Shown in pieces: positions 35,692 through 48,148 of a stretch of DNA of 64,000 nt; the first letter of the stretch is position 1, and each line of letters starts with the position of its first letter. Position numbers and translations under genes: made by a program. The stretch lies in assembly GCF_001194135.2 (NCBI RefSeq), contig NC_068999.1, positions 23,019,671-23,083,670 on the forward strand, written 5' to 3'. The stretch is from Octopus bimaculoides. Its lineage: Eukaryota. The notes under the pieces were generated by a model. The model was given only the letters and a program-made list of their open reading frames with translations, had not been told where the DNA came from and searched no databases.

Positions 35692-38600
35692 GTAAAGCAC
35701 ACAGAGTGATGTCGCTTGGAAAAGATTGACCATCAACTCGGCTGTGCATGTGCACTAAGTTTTAACGTTCTAGCTCACTTCCACTGTTTACAGCAGTGCT
35801 TGGAAGGAAGGTGTGTAGTGTGTGATCATCACACTGACCATGACAGAGAAAGTTGTCATGGCAATACCTGCTGAGAGGCCTACACAAAGTTGCAGAAAAT
35901 GTATGAAGAGGAGTGTATGAACTGTACACAAGTGTACAAGTGGTTCAGACGTTTCCAGGATGGCCGAAAAAATGTCGAATTGACAAATGTTTTGGGAGAC
36001 CTGCAGCCAGCTGAACTGAGAAAAACATCACGGATGTGCATGCAGCTTTGAGAGGAAATCATTGAATCACCATCCGTGAGTTATCAGAGGATGTACTGAT
36101 TAGTTACAGTTCAGTGCAGTCCATTATCACTGAAGATTTGTGTATGAGACGTGTGTCTGCCAAGGTTATGCCAAAACTGTTTTCAGCTGACCAAAAGGAT
36201 ACTCGGGTTTCAGTTGCAAAAGATCACCTTGATTGTATCGAGAACGATGAAAACTTTTTGAAAACTTTACGTAGGCCTCTGAGCAGATATCACAAAGCTT
36301 TTGGCAAAATTTGATGCAGGTTCTCTGCTCAACTTCCTCTGTCATGATCAATGCAGCGATCACACACTACACACCTTCCTTCCAAGCACTGCTGTAAACA
36401 GTGGAAGTGAGCTAGAATGCTAAAACTCGGTGCACATGCACAGCAGAGTTCAAGATCAATCAGTGCCAAGCAGCTTCACTCTGTGTGCTTTAGTTTCCTT
36501 ACTATGGCAACCAGGGGTTGTATATAATTGATTGGAACCTTTCCAATCAATTATTTGCCTAGCAATCAATTAATTTTAATTGGGATATAAGCCAATCAAT
36601 TATTGCAGTTAATTGTCAATTATTTTGCTGACTGTAAAAACACCATATATTTTGGAGTGTTAGCTTTGATTTAGATAAGAACCAAAATGATAAGAAAATA
36701 AAAGGCACATCTTATAGTTTTAAAAAACCTTTATGATCAGAAAATGTTCAAAGTTCAATTTTATTGATTTAGAATAGGTAACAAACAACAATGTACTCTA
36801 CATTGTACAGAAGTTGAAAAAAAAAAAAATTGAAAGTCTTTAACTGAAAGAGTTTATCAAATGAGTAGCACAATTAAAATGTTCTAATATAGGAAAAGGT
36901 CATGAACAAATGCAGATTTCTGAAACTAGTTCTTCATCCCAGAAAGCATGATTGACTTTTAGAAATAATTGCATTTCTAGATTCATTGGTTTTAAGTATT
37001 GCTGAAAACCATTAAAAGCGTAACCTGCTGAGCTGAAGAAACATTCCAAGATGATGAACATTGGTAACAAAAATCTACATTTCAGATATTGCTGAGGTGA
37101 AATTTTATCTTTTTTGCATTTTTTCGAACAAATTGAAGCAAAGTCATCTTCTACAGGTAAATTAGACTGTTGTGATGTGTCTGCTACCACTTTCAGCTGA
37201 TGCCACTTCATCCGCATTTAGCTCTGCTTCTACATGTAAAATTTTCACAACTCCACTTCAAAATTTGGGCTGTGCACAATGGCTGCTGATGGAAGCAAAT
37301 ATTTTTTAACCTCCTTGTAAGGATACAATGTGAGAATTTCATCAAAAAGAATTCAAGCTTCTCTTAAATTTATTTCTGTTCTTTGCAAGGCAACTGTTAC
37401 TGAACATAACTTTACTAAATTGTCTTTTAGAATCTGCAGATCATTATGATCGCATGAAGTCGACAGATAATCAACTAGCTTTGCATAGCCTTGAAATGAG
37501 TCTAAAAGCAGCTTGAAACGATTGTTTTGTTTCTTTGTATACTGGACCGGTTGTTTTATTTCTTTGTATAGGTTGCAAATGCATTTTTTCCCAAAGTTTA
37601 CCCACAAGTTTTAATAATGTTAGCTTGCCCATCAACATATCCATTTTATCAAGCAGAACTTCCCACTTGCCAAGATAAGCAGAAACAGCTAGATTGAATT
37701 TATGAGAGGCACATCCAATCAGTGTTGTTTTATACAAATTCACTATAGATTTGTTCACTTCAGTATTATCTCCGGTAATAGCTACATTTTCTAAATTTTT
37801 GTTATAGACACTTAGCACATACTCTATAAATTCGACATAATCAGAAGCAGAGAATGATGTTTCACTTACCATTGGCAAAAATGCCAGCAAAACAATACAA
37901 TAGTCATTTTGATAATTGCACAGATAAGATGCAAAAGTCCAATGAAATGCATCAAACTCTTAGTCCAACCGCTGATTACCAACAAAAATTTACTTGTAAG
38001 TTCATCAGATATTTTCTTTTCCACTTCTTGGGTAAGTTTCTCCATGTATTTCTTTAAGGTCATATTTGTCATTCTTCCCAAGTTTATATACTTATGAGTC
38101 AGTGGGTCTTCAGTAAAGGAAAATGGTTTTAAACCAATACACACCCACTCAATCCAACCATAAACATTTAAGGCCAAGCGAATGACCAAACTACTTCTTG
38201 GAGAAAGAAAACTCGATAAAAATGGTCGTCCAGTTGCTTGTATAGTAGAAAACTTTGGATGCTGGTTTTTTTATATGATTCATAAGATTTGTCCATCCAG
38301 TTCCTTTTTTTCTGGGTCAACTATTTTCTACACTTGCATTTCCATACATGTTCACTGCCTGTTTGGTTAAAATATTTTCTGACAATTTGCTCATTTTCAC
38401 ATGGCACAGGTTAGTTTAAAATAAAAGATATTTCACCACAGTTTAAAATAGAAGATATTTTGCCACCCCACTGATGAAAGTCTGATTCAGTTAATATGTT
38501 GGAGTGGAATTCAAGATACAACTGCATTGTAGGCAAAGTTACGATTTAATGACTTGAAGTCAGAATGTGTGAATCATTCTTGGCAGTCAGAACCAAGAAT

Positions 38601-38962
38601 CACTCAACAGCGATTATTTGACAACATACACAATAGTCAATTCCTAAACACAACAGAATGTATGAACCATTCTCAGCAGTCAGAACAAAGGCGTCAACAC
38701 AATACCTCAAATAATAATAGAACACTGTATTTGCCAATTGAAAGTTGAATGAAGTATGAGCCATTTGAAAAACTTTTGCTGACAATGATGCAATTAACTG
38801 CAATTAATTGCAATTAATTGATATGATAGCAATCAATTATTTAATTGGCAGTACGACTCCAATCAATTAATTGGACCAATATATTGCAATTGATTTTTCA
38901 TCAATAAATTTCTTACAACCTCTGATGGCAACAGTCCGGATACCTATTGATGAGACCACATA
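35692..38962 (+). mobile_element. Mariner derivative whose 3' end is replaced by an inverted 5' end; carries a nested hAT in its right arm
   Basis: Transposase N-terminal remnants (MTEEVEQRTCIKFCQKL; YKWFRRFQDGRKNV; ITEDLCMRRVSAKVMPKLFSADQKDTRVSVA). 35692-35875 is inverted at 36270-36511, and the right TIR continues at 38933-38962 (agtccggatacctattgatgagaccacata). Confidence 0.85.
36512..38924 (-). mobile_element. hAT DNA transposon, 2413 bp, frameshifted transposase
   Basis: TIRs CAGGGGTTGTA / TACAACCTCTG; perfect 8-bp TSD ATGGCAAC (36504-36511 and 38925-38932); subterminal CAATCAATT repeats. Transposase fragments at 36900-38370 include YGWIEWV, KKYMEKL, VISGWT, ITGDNTEVNK, IGCASHKFNLAV and dimerisation-like MFIILECFFSSAG...MQLFLKVN. 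Confidence 0.92.
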
Positions 38963-39885
38963 TATATGATGGGCTTTTTTCAGTTTCCGTCCACCAAATC
39001 CACTCAGAAGGCATTAGTTGGCCCGAGGCTATAGTAGAAGACACTTGCCCAAGGTGCTATGCAGTGGGATTGAAACTGGAACCATGCGGTTGGGAAGTAA
39101 ACTTCATGCAACACACCCATGTCTGTGACATATGTACTATAATGTAATGAAACTAATAAGGGAAGAAAAAATTGAAAGGAAAGTAAGTCTAGACAAGTTG
39201 TCATCAACCTTGTAATTGTACAGACCTATCATCAAAATATTCCTAGCCACAACCATTTCATCTTATATTCAAACATTGTCTACCTAAGACTACATTATTT
39301 AATGTGTTGTATTATTACTATTTTTGAGGATGCTTCTGATTGAGTAGACCTATGATTAATGGTGTTCCAGCTGTGACCATCCTATATGTTTAGTAGAGTG
39401 TAACTTGATAGAAGTTTGGCTGCTGTTTCTAAGAAATTGAGACATTATGTAAAGGTTTCCTCGTTTTGCTCGTGACTCTAATGATTTTAGGCATTGAGGT
39501 TATCAAAGATATTGGTGGTGTTAGTGGAAGGTGGGATAGTGTTAATAATAATAATAGTATAGGTGGTGGTAGTGGGAGTAGGGCACTAGTGTAAATAGAA
39601 ATTGTGTTCTTTTTTACTTCATTGCCGTCATCCTTTGTATGCTAAAAACAAATAGAAAATCTATTCCCAACAACCTGCTAACCAACCTCACAGCTGTTAA
39701 CATCAGAAACACCCACATATTTCATATAAATAGATCAAAAAATATTTCTGTTGTTTGGTTTCTAAAATCCTAATAGCTAAACCATTTAACTTGTTCCTAA
39801 CCCTAATGAGAGGAAAGTGGTTGAGGACTGTGCTTGGCTAAGTAGGTTGTCAACATAATCTATTGCAAGTGTTGCGATATGTCTA

Positions 39886-40098
39886 AGACAGAAGTGTTCA
39901 CACCTGTTGCAGTTATGGCTATAGTATTAGTAGCAATAGTAACAGCAGTGTGAACAACTTTCTTCTCTGACATCATTTTTCCAGTTGGCATAGGAATGGG
40001 GAAAATGATGTCAGAGAAGGAGAAAGTTGTTCACATTGCTGTTACTATTGCCACTAAAACTAATGCCATAGCTGCAACAGATGTGAACACTTCTATCT
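39886..40098. repeat. About 95-bp-arm imperfect hairpin with a spacer of about 20 nt
   Basis: agacagaagtgttcacacctgttgcag...ctgacatcatttt pairs with aaaatgatgtcagag...ctgcaacagatgtgaacacttctatct. Confidence 0.85.
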
Positions 40099-42099
40099 CT
40101 AAAGCTATGAAGGCTGATGAAGGTTGAATATAGGACTTCCCTCTCCCTATATACAGTTTGCCCGTATAGCCTCTTCTGTCTCTTGTAAAGGGGTTGGTTG
40201 TGTCATTAATGTCATGTGTGATGTAAGTAGTACCCTGTGAGTATCAAAGCTCTATAGAAGACCAGTCAGTCAGAGACTGCTAACTTAAGACTTTCAGAAC
40301 TGACAAAGCAAGCTACACTCTTACAAACTTCCAGCTGAGATTATCAATGTCACACATAAGGCTAGTCCTTCAGAGATCTCCAGCTAAAGTAATAAAATAC
40401 ACATAAAAAAAAATGTAACTCTCAGTGATGTTCAGCTTGATTGTTGCTATAAATGTCCTGATTTCTTGACCTTGACCCTTTGTTTATATTGTTTTACAAA
40501 CATTGATATAGTAAACAAACTGCAACAGGTTTGACTACTCCTACAAGCAAAAATGTCCTTCCCATTATTTTCCAATGAATTAGCTGCCACTCAATGAATT
40601 AGCTGCCACTCAATGAATAGCAAGAGTTAAATGACATTTCTTAGTAACAACTCATAATTTTCAAACATATATAGTATATCACACATAGTTCGTAGATCCT
40701 TCTTTTAAGCAGTACAAAATAACATTCTTATGCAGGCTAACTGCCTGAATTGTATAAAATTATAAGACATCCATTCATGGTTTTGTTTCCCTTGTTAGCA
40801 ATTAAGTGATTAATTTTCCCTTTCTTTTTTTCTATTTCTTATTTGAGAGAGAATGTGGGTGTGTAAAGAAGAGAAATACATTGAGTGAAGAAATAGGGAG
40901 TTGGAGGAAAGAGAGAAAGAGAGAAAGGGGTAGAGTGAAAGAGTGACAAAGAGAGTCTTTTTTATTTCTAGGTATTACCTCTAAAGAAAACATTTCATCA
41001 GAACATCACTTTCTTTTATAAAAGAGAAAAAGTATATCAGAGAATTGAAGCAATGTCTCCACTGCTTGCTCTGCAATCAATTAAAAGTTTTTTATAGAAT
41101 AAACAAGATTAAGGAAGCTTTAACTCAGCTGCAATAGTAAACTGTCACTCAAAATTTACTGAAGTTCAAGTCCCAAATTTATGCGAGCATACATACATCT
41201 ATCATCGTTATTTAACATCCATTTTCCATGCTGACTTAAGTTGGACGGTTTGAGAGGAGCTGGCAAGACTATTCCAAGCTCTACTATCTGTTTTGGCATG
41301 GCTTCTACAACTAGATACCCTTTCTAATGCCAACCAGTTTATGGAGTCTATTAGGTGCTTTTTACTTGGCACCAACATCAGTGAGGTCACCAAATAACTT
41401 ACAAGATAAACCCCTCAACTGTGGCAATGAATAGTTATGAGGGAAGTCCTTACAAAGTTGTTGGTAATTGGTCCAAGCCAGATGTGAAATATAGTTTCCA
41501 TTTCAAACTGCTCATTAGCTATCTATATTAATTACATATGATTTATGTAGTGACTTCATTTGGGCATAGAGTAGATTTCAACAGCATTTTTCTCGCAGAA
41601 CNNNNNNNNNNTAACAGGTGTTACATTCAACACATGGTTTTGCCAAGTCAATTTAGGTATTTTCCATTTAACTCTTGACCTCTTCTATGCTATCAAAAGT
41701 TGAAATTAGATAAGGAACGACCTACATCAAGCTGCCCATTGTTCTTGGCTATATACCTCTTTTTGTGGCTAGTCTTCATAATTATAAATACTAAAGTTCC
41801 ATCAGAAAAAGTGAGAGGCAACCAACAGGCAGACACCTAGAAGCAAATGTCCAGAGGGAGAAGGAAACAATTGGCTGCTATGATACATACAACTTCCCTC
41901 TACTCGCTCTCACTTTCACTGGCTCAGTTTTCTCTTCTAACAAACATCACTCTATCACTATCTTTTGCTTACTACTACACTGACAAGAATATTATACACA
42001 CTTATACAAGGAAAATTAATTCTCGATTATACTACACATCCTTGCCTGTTGTAGTATGATTTTACATAAAGTAACAGTAAATAAAATTTGGAGCCAACA

Positions 42100-42850
42100 T
42101 CAACTTCAATCACTGTTCTTCTTTCACATCTGCAACATCAACACCTGTTGCATTTTGATGGACAAACAAAAGAAGGGCACTCAACCAATTTATTGGGAGT
42201 TACATGTATGGATCAAAACAGTCTCATTCACTCCAGTTCTATCCCTGATCTCCTTGCACTGAATGTGATCTCTTAGCGAGACCTTTCATGGCTCTCTGTA
42301 CTGTAAGTAGATGTTGTTGCTCTCTCTTCGTCAAAGCCCAAGTCTCACATGCATATAGCATTGCTGGCAAAACTGTGCTGTTAAAGAGATTGGCATGAGT
42401 TGCCTTGTCTTGGTTCACTTTCAGCACATCCTTCGCCAAGCTGAATGCTCTCTATCCTGTTCTTACCCTTCATGATGCAGTATGTCACCCACCTTAGGAA
42501 GGCAAACACCAGGTGCACAACAAATGTGGCCCTGTTATCCTCACCAGTGAACGTTCCGGTGGTGAAGGGTGTCAAGGAAGGAGTCACCATCTCTCCTCAG
42601 CTTTTCACAGTGTCATGAGATGGTCATACTAGACATGTACTAGAACAGAGGCATAAGGATAAACAGAGAGCTGCTCACCCATCTAAGATTCACTGATGAC
42701 ATAGCACTGATAGCAGAGAGTACTGATCAGCTACAAACCATGCTAGACGAACTGGATTTCAGGGGTTCAGCAGTTGACCTGAAGATCAACAGTTGGAGGT
42801 GATGAAATAGAAGAGGTGAGCAGCTCTGTGTATCTCAGTCAAGAAGTGAT
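42100..42850. mobile_element. RTE LINE fragment with internal inversion
   Basis: Plus strand 42440-42850: VKGVKEGVTISPQLFT, LRFTDDIALIA..QTMLDEL..DLKIN, EIEEVSSSVYLSQEV. Minus strand 42100-42439: KDVLK...ANLFNSTVLPAMLYACETWALTK. Confidence 0.8.
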
Positions 42851-42854
42851 TATA

Positions 42855-43210
42855 TATGATGAAATGAAATGAGTAGGGGATTAAGTTAAGAGTTGTGTCC
42901 CTTGGTACCGAAACATCACCACTAGGTTGGTTATGTTGCAAGTCAGTGAGAGCTACTTTGATGAGGCACAACGCCACAACTCTGGCCAAGCACATTTGGC
43001 CTTTGAATGAAAACACCACCAATACAGTATAAAGTGGAAGAACCTAGAGAAATGTTAACGATATTTCAATAGCAGCAGGAAGTGCAGGTTATGCCTAGCT
43101 GAGAAAAGAGCAATTTTAAAGAGCATCCAGCACCCAGGCATTACCTGAATAGCAGAAGGGAAATTTTTAATCCTTGCCCACATGAAAGGAAGTACATCCT
43201 ATCATAATTG
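42855..43210 (+). mobile_element. PLE GIY-YIG C-terminal fragment; 5' part inverted at 43600-43730
   Basis: NATTLAKHIW, QYSIKWKNLEK, RKCRLCLAEKRAIL, LNSRREIFNPCPHERKYILS*. Confidence 0.8.
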
Positions 43211-43780
43211 CATGTCCCATCATGACTACAATCACCAGTCCTCCAGCCTCGGCCCTCTGTTAATGCCCTGGAGTCTGGCAAAGAGTCTAACCAGAGCATA
43301 CACTAACATACCCACATATAAACGTGCATGCTCCAACATGGCAGGCACCCACCAAATAGACTGTTTTCCACCCCCACCCAATATAAACTCCTACACACAT
43401 TGTACCCCTACACACATTGTACCCCTACACACACCTCACATGCACACATAAAGGCCACACGACCTTAATCAATACATAATAGAAAGAAAACACTGATGTG
43501 TATGCCTACACCCCCTGCAAAGGGTATACATGTAACACTACTACACATATTCCATTTCCACAAGTACACATTAAGGACACACACATTTCTCATAAACACT
43601 CCAAAATAACTTTCACCAGCTTGCAACATAACCAACCCAGTAGCAAGGTTTTGGTACCAAGGAACATAACTCTTAGCTTAATTCCGTACTCATTTCATTT
43701 CATCATCTTTTTCAGCAGGAACTGCAAATCAGATGTGTCCATTCACTTCCAACAATAGAGAGCAGTTGCCATATGTCATT

Positions 43781-43886
43781 CCATATCAGCTACCTCCGAT
43801 GAGCATATGGTTATATAATTGGATTGTTACTTAAAATTCTATTGAATCTCTAGCACGAAACCAATTGGTAAGATCGGCTGTAATGG
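43781..43886 (+). ncRNA. Degenerate type I hammerhead motif (CCGAUGA core, palindromic stem III)
   Basis: CCGATGA at 43796-802; GAA-ACCAATTGGT-A at 43857-70; stem I extension ccatatcagc / gctgtaatgg. Confidence 0.5.
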
Positions 43887-44199
43887 ATATATAATATTGT
43901 ACACTTCGGATAATATACCCACTCTATTAACAAGTATACGAGTGCATTTTTTCCTGGTTTATGCAATGTTAGACAACTTACGCACACATACGTGCACACA
44001 CACACACACACACACACATATGTGCACACACACACACATTAGAAAAGAAATATTTTGTTAAAGGTTATTAACATTTTAAAAACATTTTGGTGTTAAACGG
44101 AATGACACAAACCTTTTGGAATGAAGTTTTAGTATTGTTTGTAAGCATTTTCTTTGTTTAACTTTGTAAACCATAAGTTATAGAGTAATCTGGATAGAG

Positions 44200-44640
44200 G
44201 AATTTGATTTTAGTAGTAGTGTTGACTATTTCTGGTTTAGTTTCAGACTTAGAATTCTTATAAAATATCCTTCTTTTGCCTTTAGTAGTTGATAATTTTT
44301 ATCTACAAATGGAATATTTATATTTCTGCTTTTGTTTTCACCCTCATTGTGAGTATTTCTCCATGAGACAGAGACTGAGATTTCCCTCTTTTTGATTATG
44401 GCATGATGTATTAAGTGTTGGGAGTATTTTGGTTTCTGAAGAAACATATTTATTCTAGCATTCATTTCTCTCATCTATTTCTGTTTGTAACAACTGAGCA
44501 TTCACAGATATACCATTCAATATGGCAAGATGAAAACCTCACTCCAAAAGACTCATTTCATTCTGTTTTCAAAAAGAACTTTCAAATAGTTAATAACATT
44601 TAAGAAAATCTTTCTTTACATATAGTGACTGTATCAGGTA
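44200..44640 (-). mobile_element. PLE GIY-YIG C-terminal fragment (different subfamily)
   Basis: ...MREMNARINM...NIPFVDKNYQLLKAKEGYFIRILSLKLNQK. The KE.YFI...LN ending is typical of PLE endonucleases. Confidence 0.55.
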
Positions 44641-46289
44641 TTCCTTTGCAAACACTTATACACACACATACATAAAAATGGATAAAATTCTTTCCCAAGT
44701 CATATATACTCATAAGGCCGGTTTCCCAGTTTCTGCAGTGTATATATTCCTCACCTGGATGCGACACCAGTCCATCACAGGAATATTCATTTTTGCCAGC
44801 TGAGAGGACTGTAGTAACACGAAATGAAGTGCTTTGCTCAAGAACACATTGCGTCACCAGCTCCACAAACCAAAACCATAATGTTACAATCATGAGTCCA
44901 ACGCCCTAATCACTGAGCCACATGCCTGCACCATACATACCTACCTGCCTATATACATACGTACATACATACATACATATATACATGCATGCATACATAC
45001 ATACATATATACATGCATACATACATACATACATACATACATGAATGCATACATACATACATACATACATGCATACATACATACACACATGCATACAACA
45101 AGCTTCTTCAGTTTCTGTCAGCCAGTTTCACTCACAGGACACTGGTCAACTCAAGGCTGTAGTATACCATGCTAACCAACAACATTCGTACAAGTGAACT
45201 AAGTAGTTCCAAAGCGAACTTCTTACACAGACAGCCATGCCTGAACCTATACATAATAATTCATGGACAAAGCAACCTTGAGTTCAAACTTTATCCAAGA
45301 ACAAACTTTTATCAAGAGTCCCTTTACTAGTGTCCCCATGCAAGCAATAAGAATCAAGTCACTTTGTATTTCTTGAGAGAAGTATACAAGGAGTTGTTTG
45401 CAGGTTTCTTTTGCTATTGTTTTCTTATATATTCTTAACTTTGTGTAAAAAGTATTGCTGTTTTCGTAAAATCTATTAAAAATTTATGCTGCTTTCAAAC
45501 ACAGATATTAAATCTAAGGTAATTAACAAATAAACATCATTTTTCAAGCTTATCCAGTCAAAGAAAAAAATATTCTTCCAGAAGATTTGAGCTGAAGAAC
45601 TCAATATGGCTGCTATCTTATTTACTTTCACATTAAGAACAATATAACACTTTTGAATAGTTTATCTTTCTGAGAGTTATTTTACTGTATTAAAAGGCAA
45701 TACTTATAGCTGTAATCCAGTGTAAATGGTTTCATTGAATTTATATTGAAACAACTGAATAATAAAAGTCTTGATAAATATTATTTAATTATTACAATGA
45801 ATTCAGTATGGAATTTTTCTATTTACTGATCAAATAGATGATTAATGTCTTCCATTAGAGAAGGTCAAGATTTTAATTCTTTCATTTTAACTAACCTCCA
45901 TTAGGACAGAAATAAATGTCTCTTTTACATGTAACTATTGGGGGTCAGTAATGTACTACAAGAGTCTGAGTAGGCATTAGTCATTCAAAGGAAAATATAT
46001 TTGAATAGTCTCTTTCTTATTTACAGCCTTTTACTTGGTTTGGGGCTCAAAACTATGAATTAATGAAATACAAGTCTGGTATACAATTTCTGGCATAGAT
46101 ACACTGTTTGCATGCTGTAATAACACTGTCATGAATAACTGAATATATACTTAATGATTGAAATGTATTAAGTTCGTTATTGAAGTGAAGCTTTATTGAT
46201 TGTCTGACTGAGAATAACATAAGAAGTACATGCTTTCATGCATACATACATACATGTATTATCACTGATAAAATACAGTATTGCAGAGG

Positions 46290-47330
46290 TATATTTTAAA
46301 GAGACAGCTGTTCATACTTTCAGTAAACTTCTTGTCACTTATGTTGAGGAAGTCTGATGGATATCTCATTGGTTCACAGGACAGAAATACCAAAATTACA
46401 CACTGTTTCCTTGTGAATTACTTGAAGCTGTATGCAAGAAATATGCATGAGCTGAAAAAGAGCCATGACCTGGTTACAATATCCTCAAAAAGATATGGAG
46501 TTGGAATTTGGTCAGGATGAATGTTGCTATATAGTTGTGAAAAGAGAGAAAACTATAAACCAGACTAGCAACATCTCCATTAATGACTTAACTGTTTTTC
46601 TTTTACCTGATGAAGAATGTTACACATACCTAGGGGTAGATGAAAACACTAAAATGTTATAACCAATGCTAACTTTGTGGTATTAATACTGAAGATATCG
46701 CTCTTATCATAAGCTGTTGTCCAAAAATATCATTTGTTATTAACTACTAATGAGACATGATGTGGACCAGACACTGTACAATGAGATCCATCAGAAAGAT
46801 AATCCTGAGGCCAAAGAGATACAAACCCATAGTGTGGTAGAGGCCATAACCACTCATAACATGGAAGAGTATTGGTAGAATGTCCAGTGAAACCCTCAAT
46901 AAAATACCAACATAATAGGCTGGACATAATGATTTGGGAAAGAGAATAAAAACTATGTACGTTAGTGGAAATCAGTTGCCCAGCAGATGTCAACATGAAG
47001 CTAAAAATCAGCAAAAAAAAAACCTATGCTGAACTATTAAGAAATTTATAGCTATTCTGCCTGGATTACACATTCAGATTTATACCTGTAATTACTGGAG
47101 CATTGACATGTAGCAAATTACCTCAGTATCAATCTTGAGAAATTAAGCTTCTCAAAACCAGAAAGAAGAAAGCCAATTAGAAGATTGCAAAAACAAGCCA
47201 TCAATAGAATTGCTAAAATATATAAAACTTGTCAGAAGTTTATTATTTAAGTATATACGTGGATGTCTGGGCATGCAACTATATGCATGAGAATACATGA
47301 ATAAAATAAAACAGAAATCTGCTCACACAC
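46290..47330 (+). mobile_element. Internally deleted R4/Dong-clade retrotransposon
   Basis: KITHCFLVNYLKLYA (decayed FxDDLKLY), MELEFGQDEC, YTYLGVDEN, RFIPVITGAL and the C-terminal IRRLQKQAI...KTCQKF. Confidence 0.75.
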
Positions 47331-47496
47331 TGACTCCAAATATTTCATACAAACATACACAAATACCTTGTTAATGTTGTTTAAAATTCCAATAAAGGAG
47401 CCTTGGATGTAAATTAGAAACTGCCTCTTTCTCCACTGGCAAAAAAAATCTACAAATAAAACTGAATAATAACATACATGCTTCATTGATTTATTC

Positions 47497-47709
47497 ATTC
47501 ATGCATGCATGCATGCATACATATATATATACATACATACATACATACATACGTACATACATACATACATACATACATACATACATACATGCATGCATAC
47601 ATATATACATACATACATACGTACATACATACATACATACATACATACATACATACATACATGCATGCATGCATACATATATACATACATACATTCATAC
47701 ATACATACA

Positions 47710-47740
<31 letters not shown>
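47497..47740. repeat. (CATA)n microsatellite
   Basis: Directly visible. A similar tract lies at 44935-45090. Confidence 0.95.
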
Positions 47741-47741
<1 letters not shown>

Positions 47742-48115
47742 CAGGGTGAGTCAAAAGTAGTGCCCAGTTTCTGAGAAGTCATGCCTTTCTTTATTGTTTT
47801 GCAGGTTATTACTGACAGTTTTGAAAGTTACTAAGTCTGGATAATGTATCATGTAGTTAATACTCTTTGATATCCTAACCTGACTTTTTGTAACGAGAAG
47901 AATTGTATTTTAGGGAGGAAAACTTTAATGGGTACACCAGCAAACTAGAAGGCTAAAATGAAGGGCAATGAAGTGTAATGAAGTAAAGTATGTGTTAACA
48001 GGAAGATAGTTTATATAACAGGGGAATGGAGTTGGGTAGCCAATCCAGCATTATCTATTAATCAGTTGTGGGAAAGGACAGATGCACTTGGCCTCCCTGT
48101 TGATANNNNNNNNNN

Positions 48116-48148
<33 letters not shown>

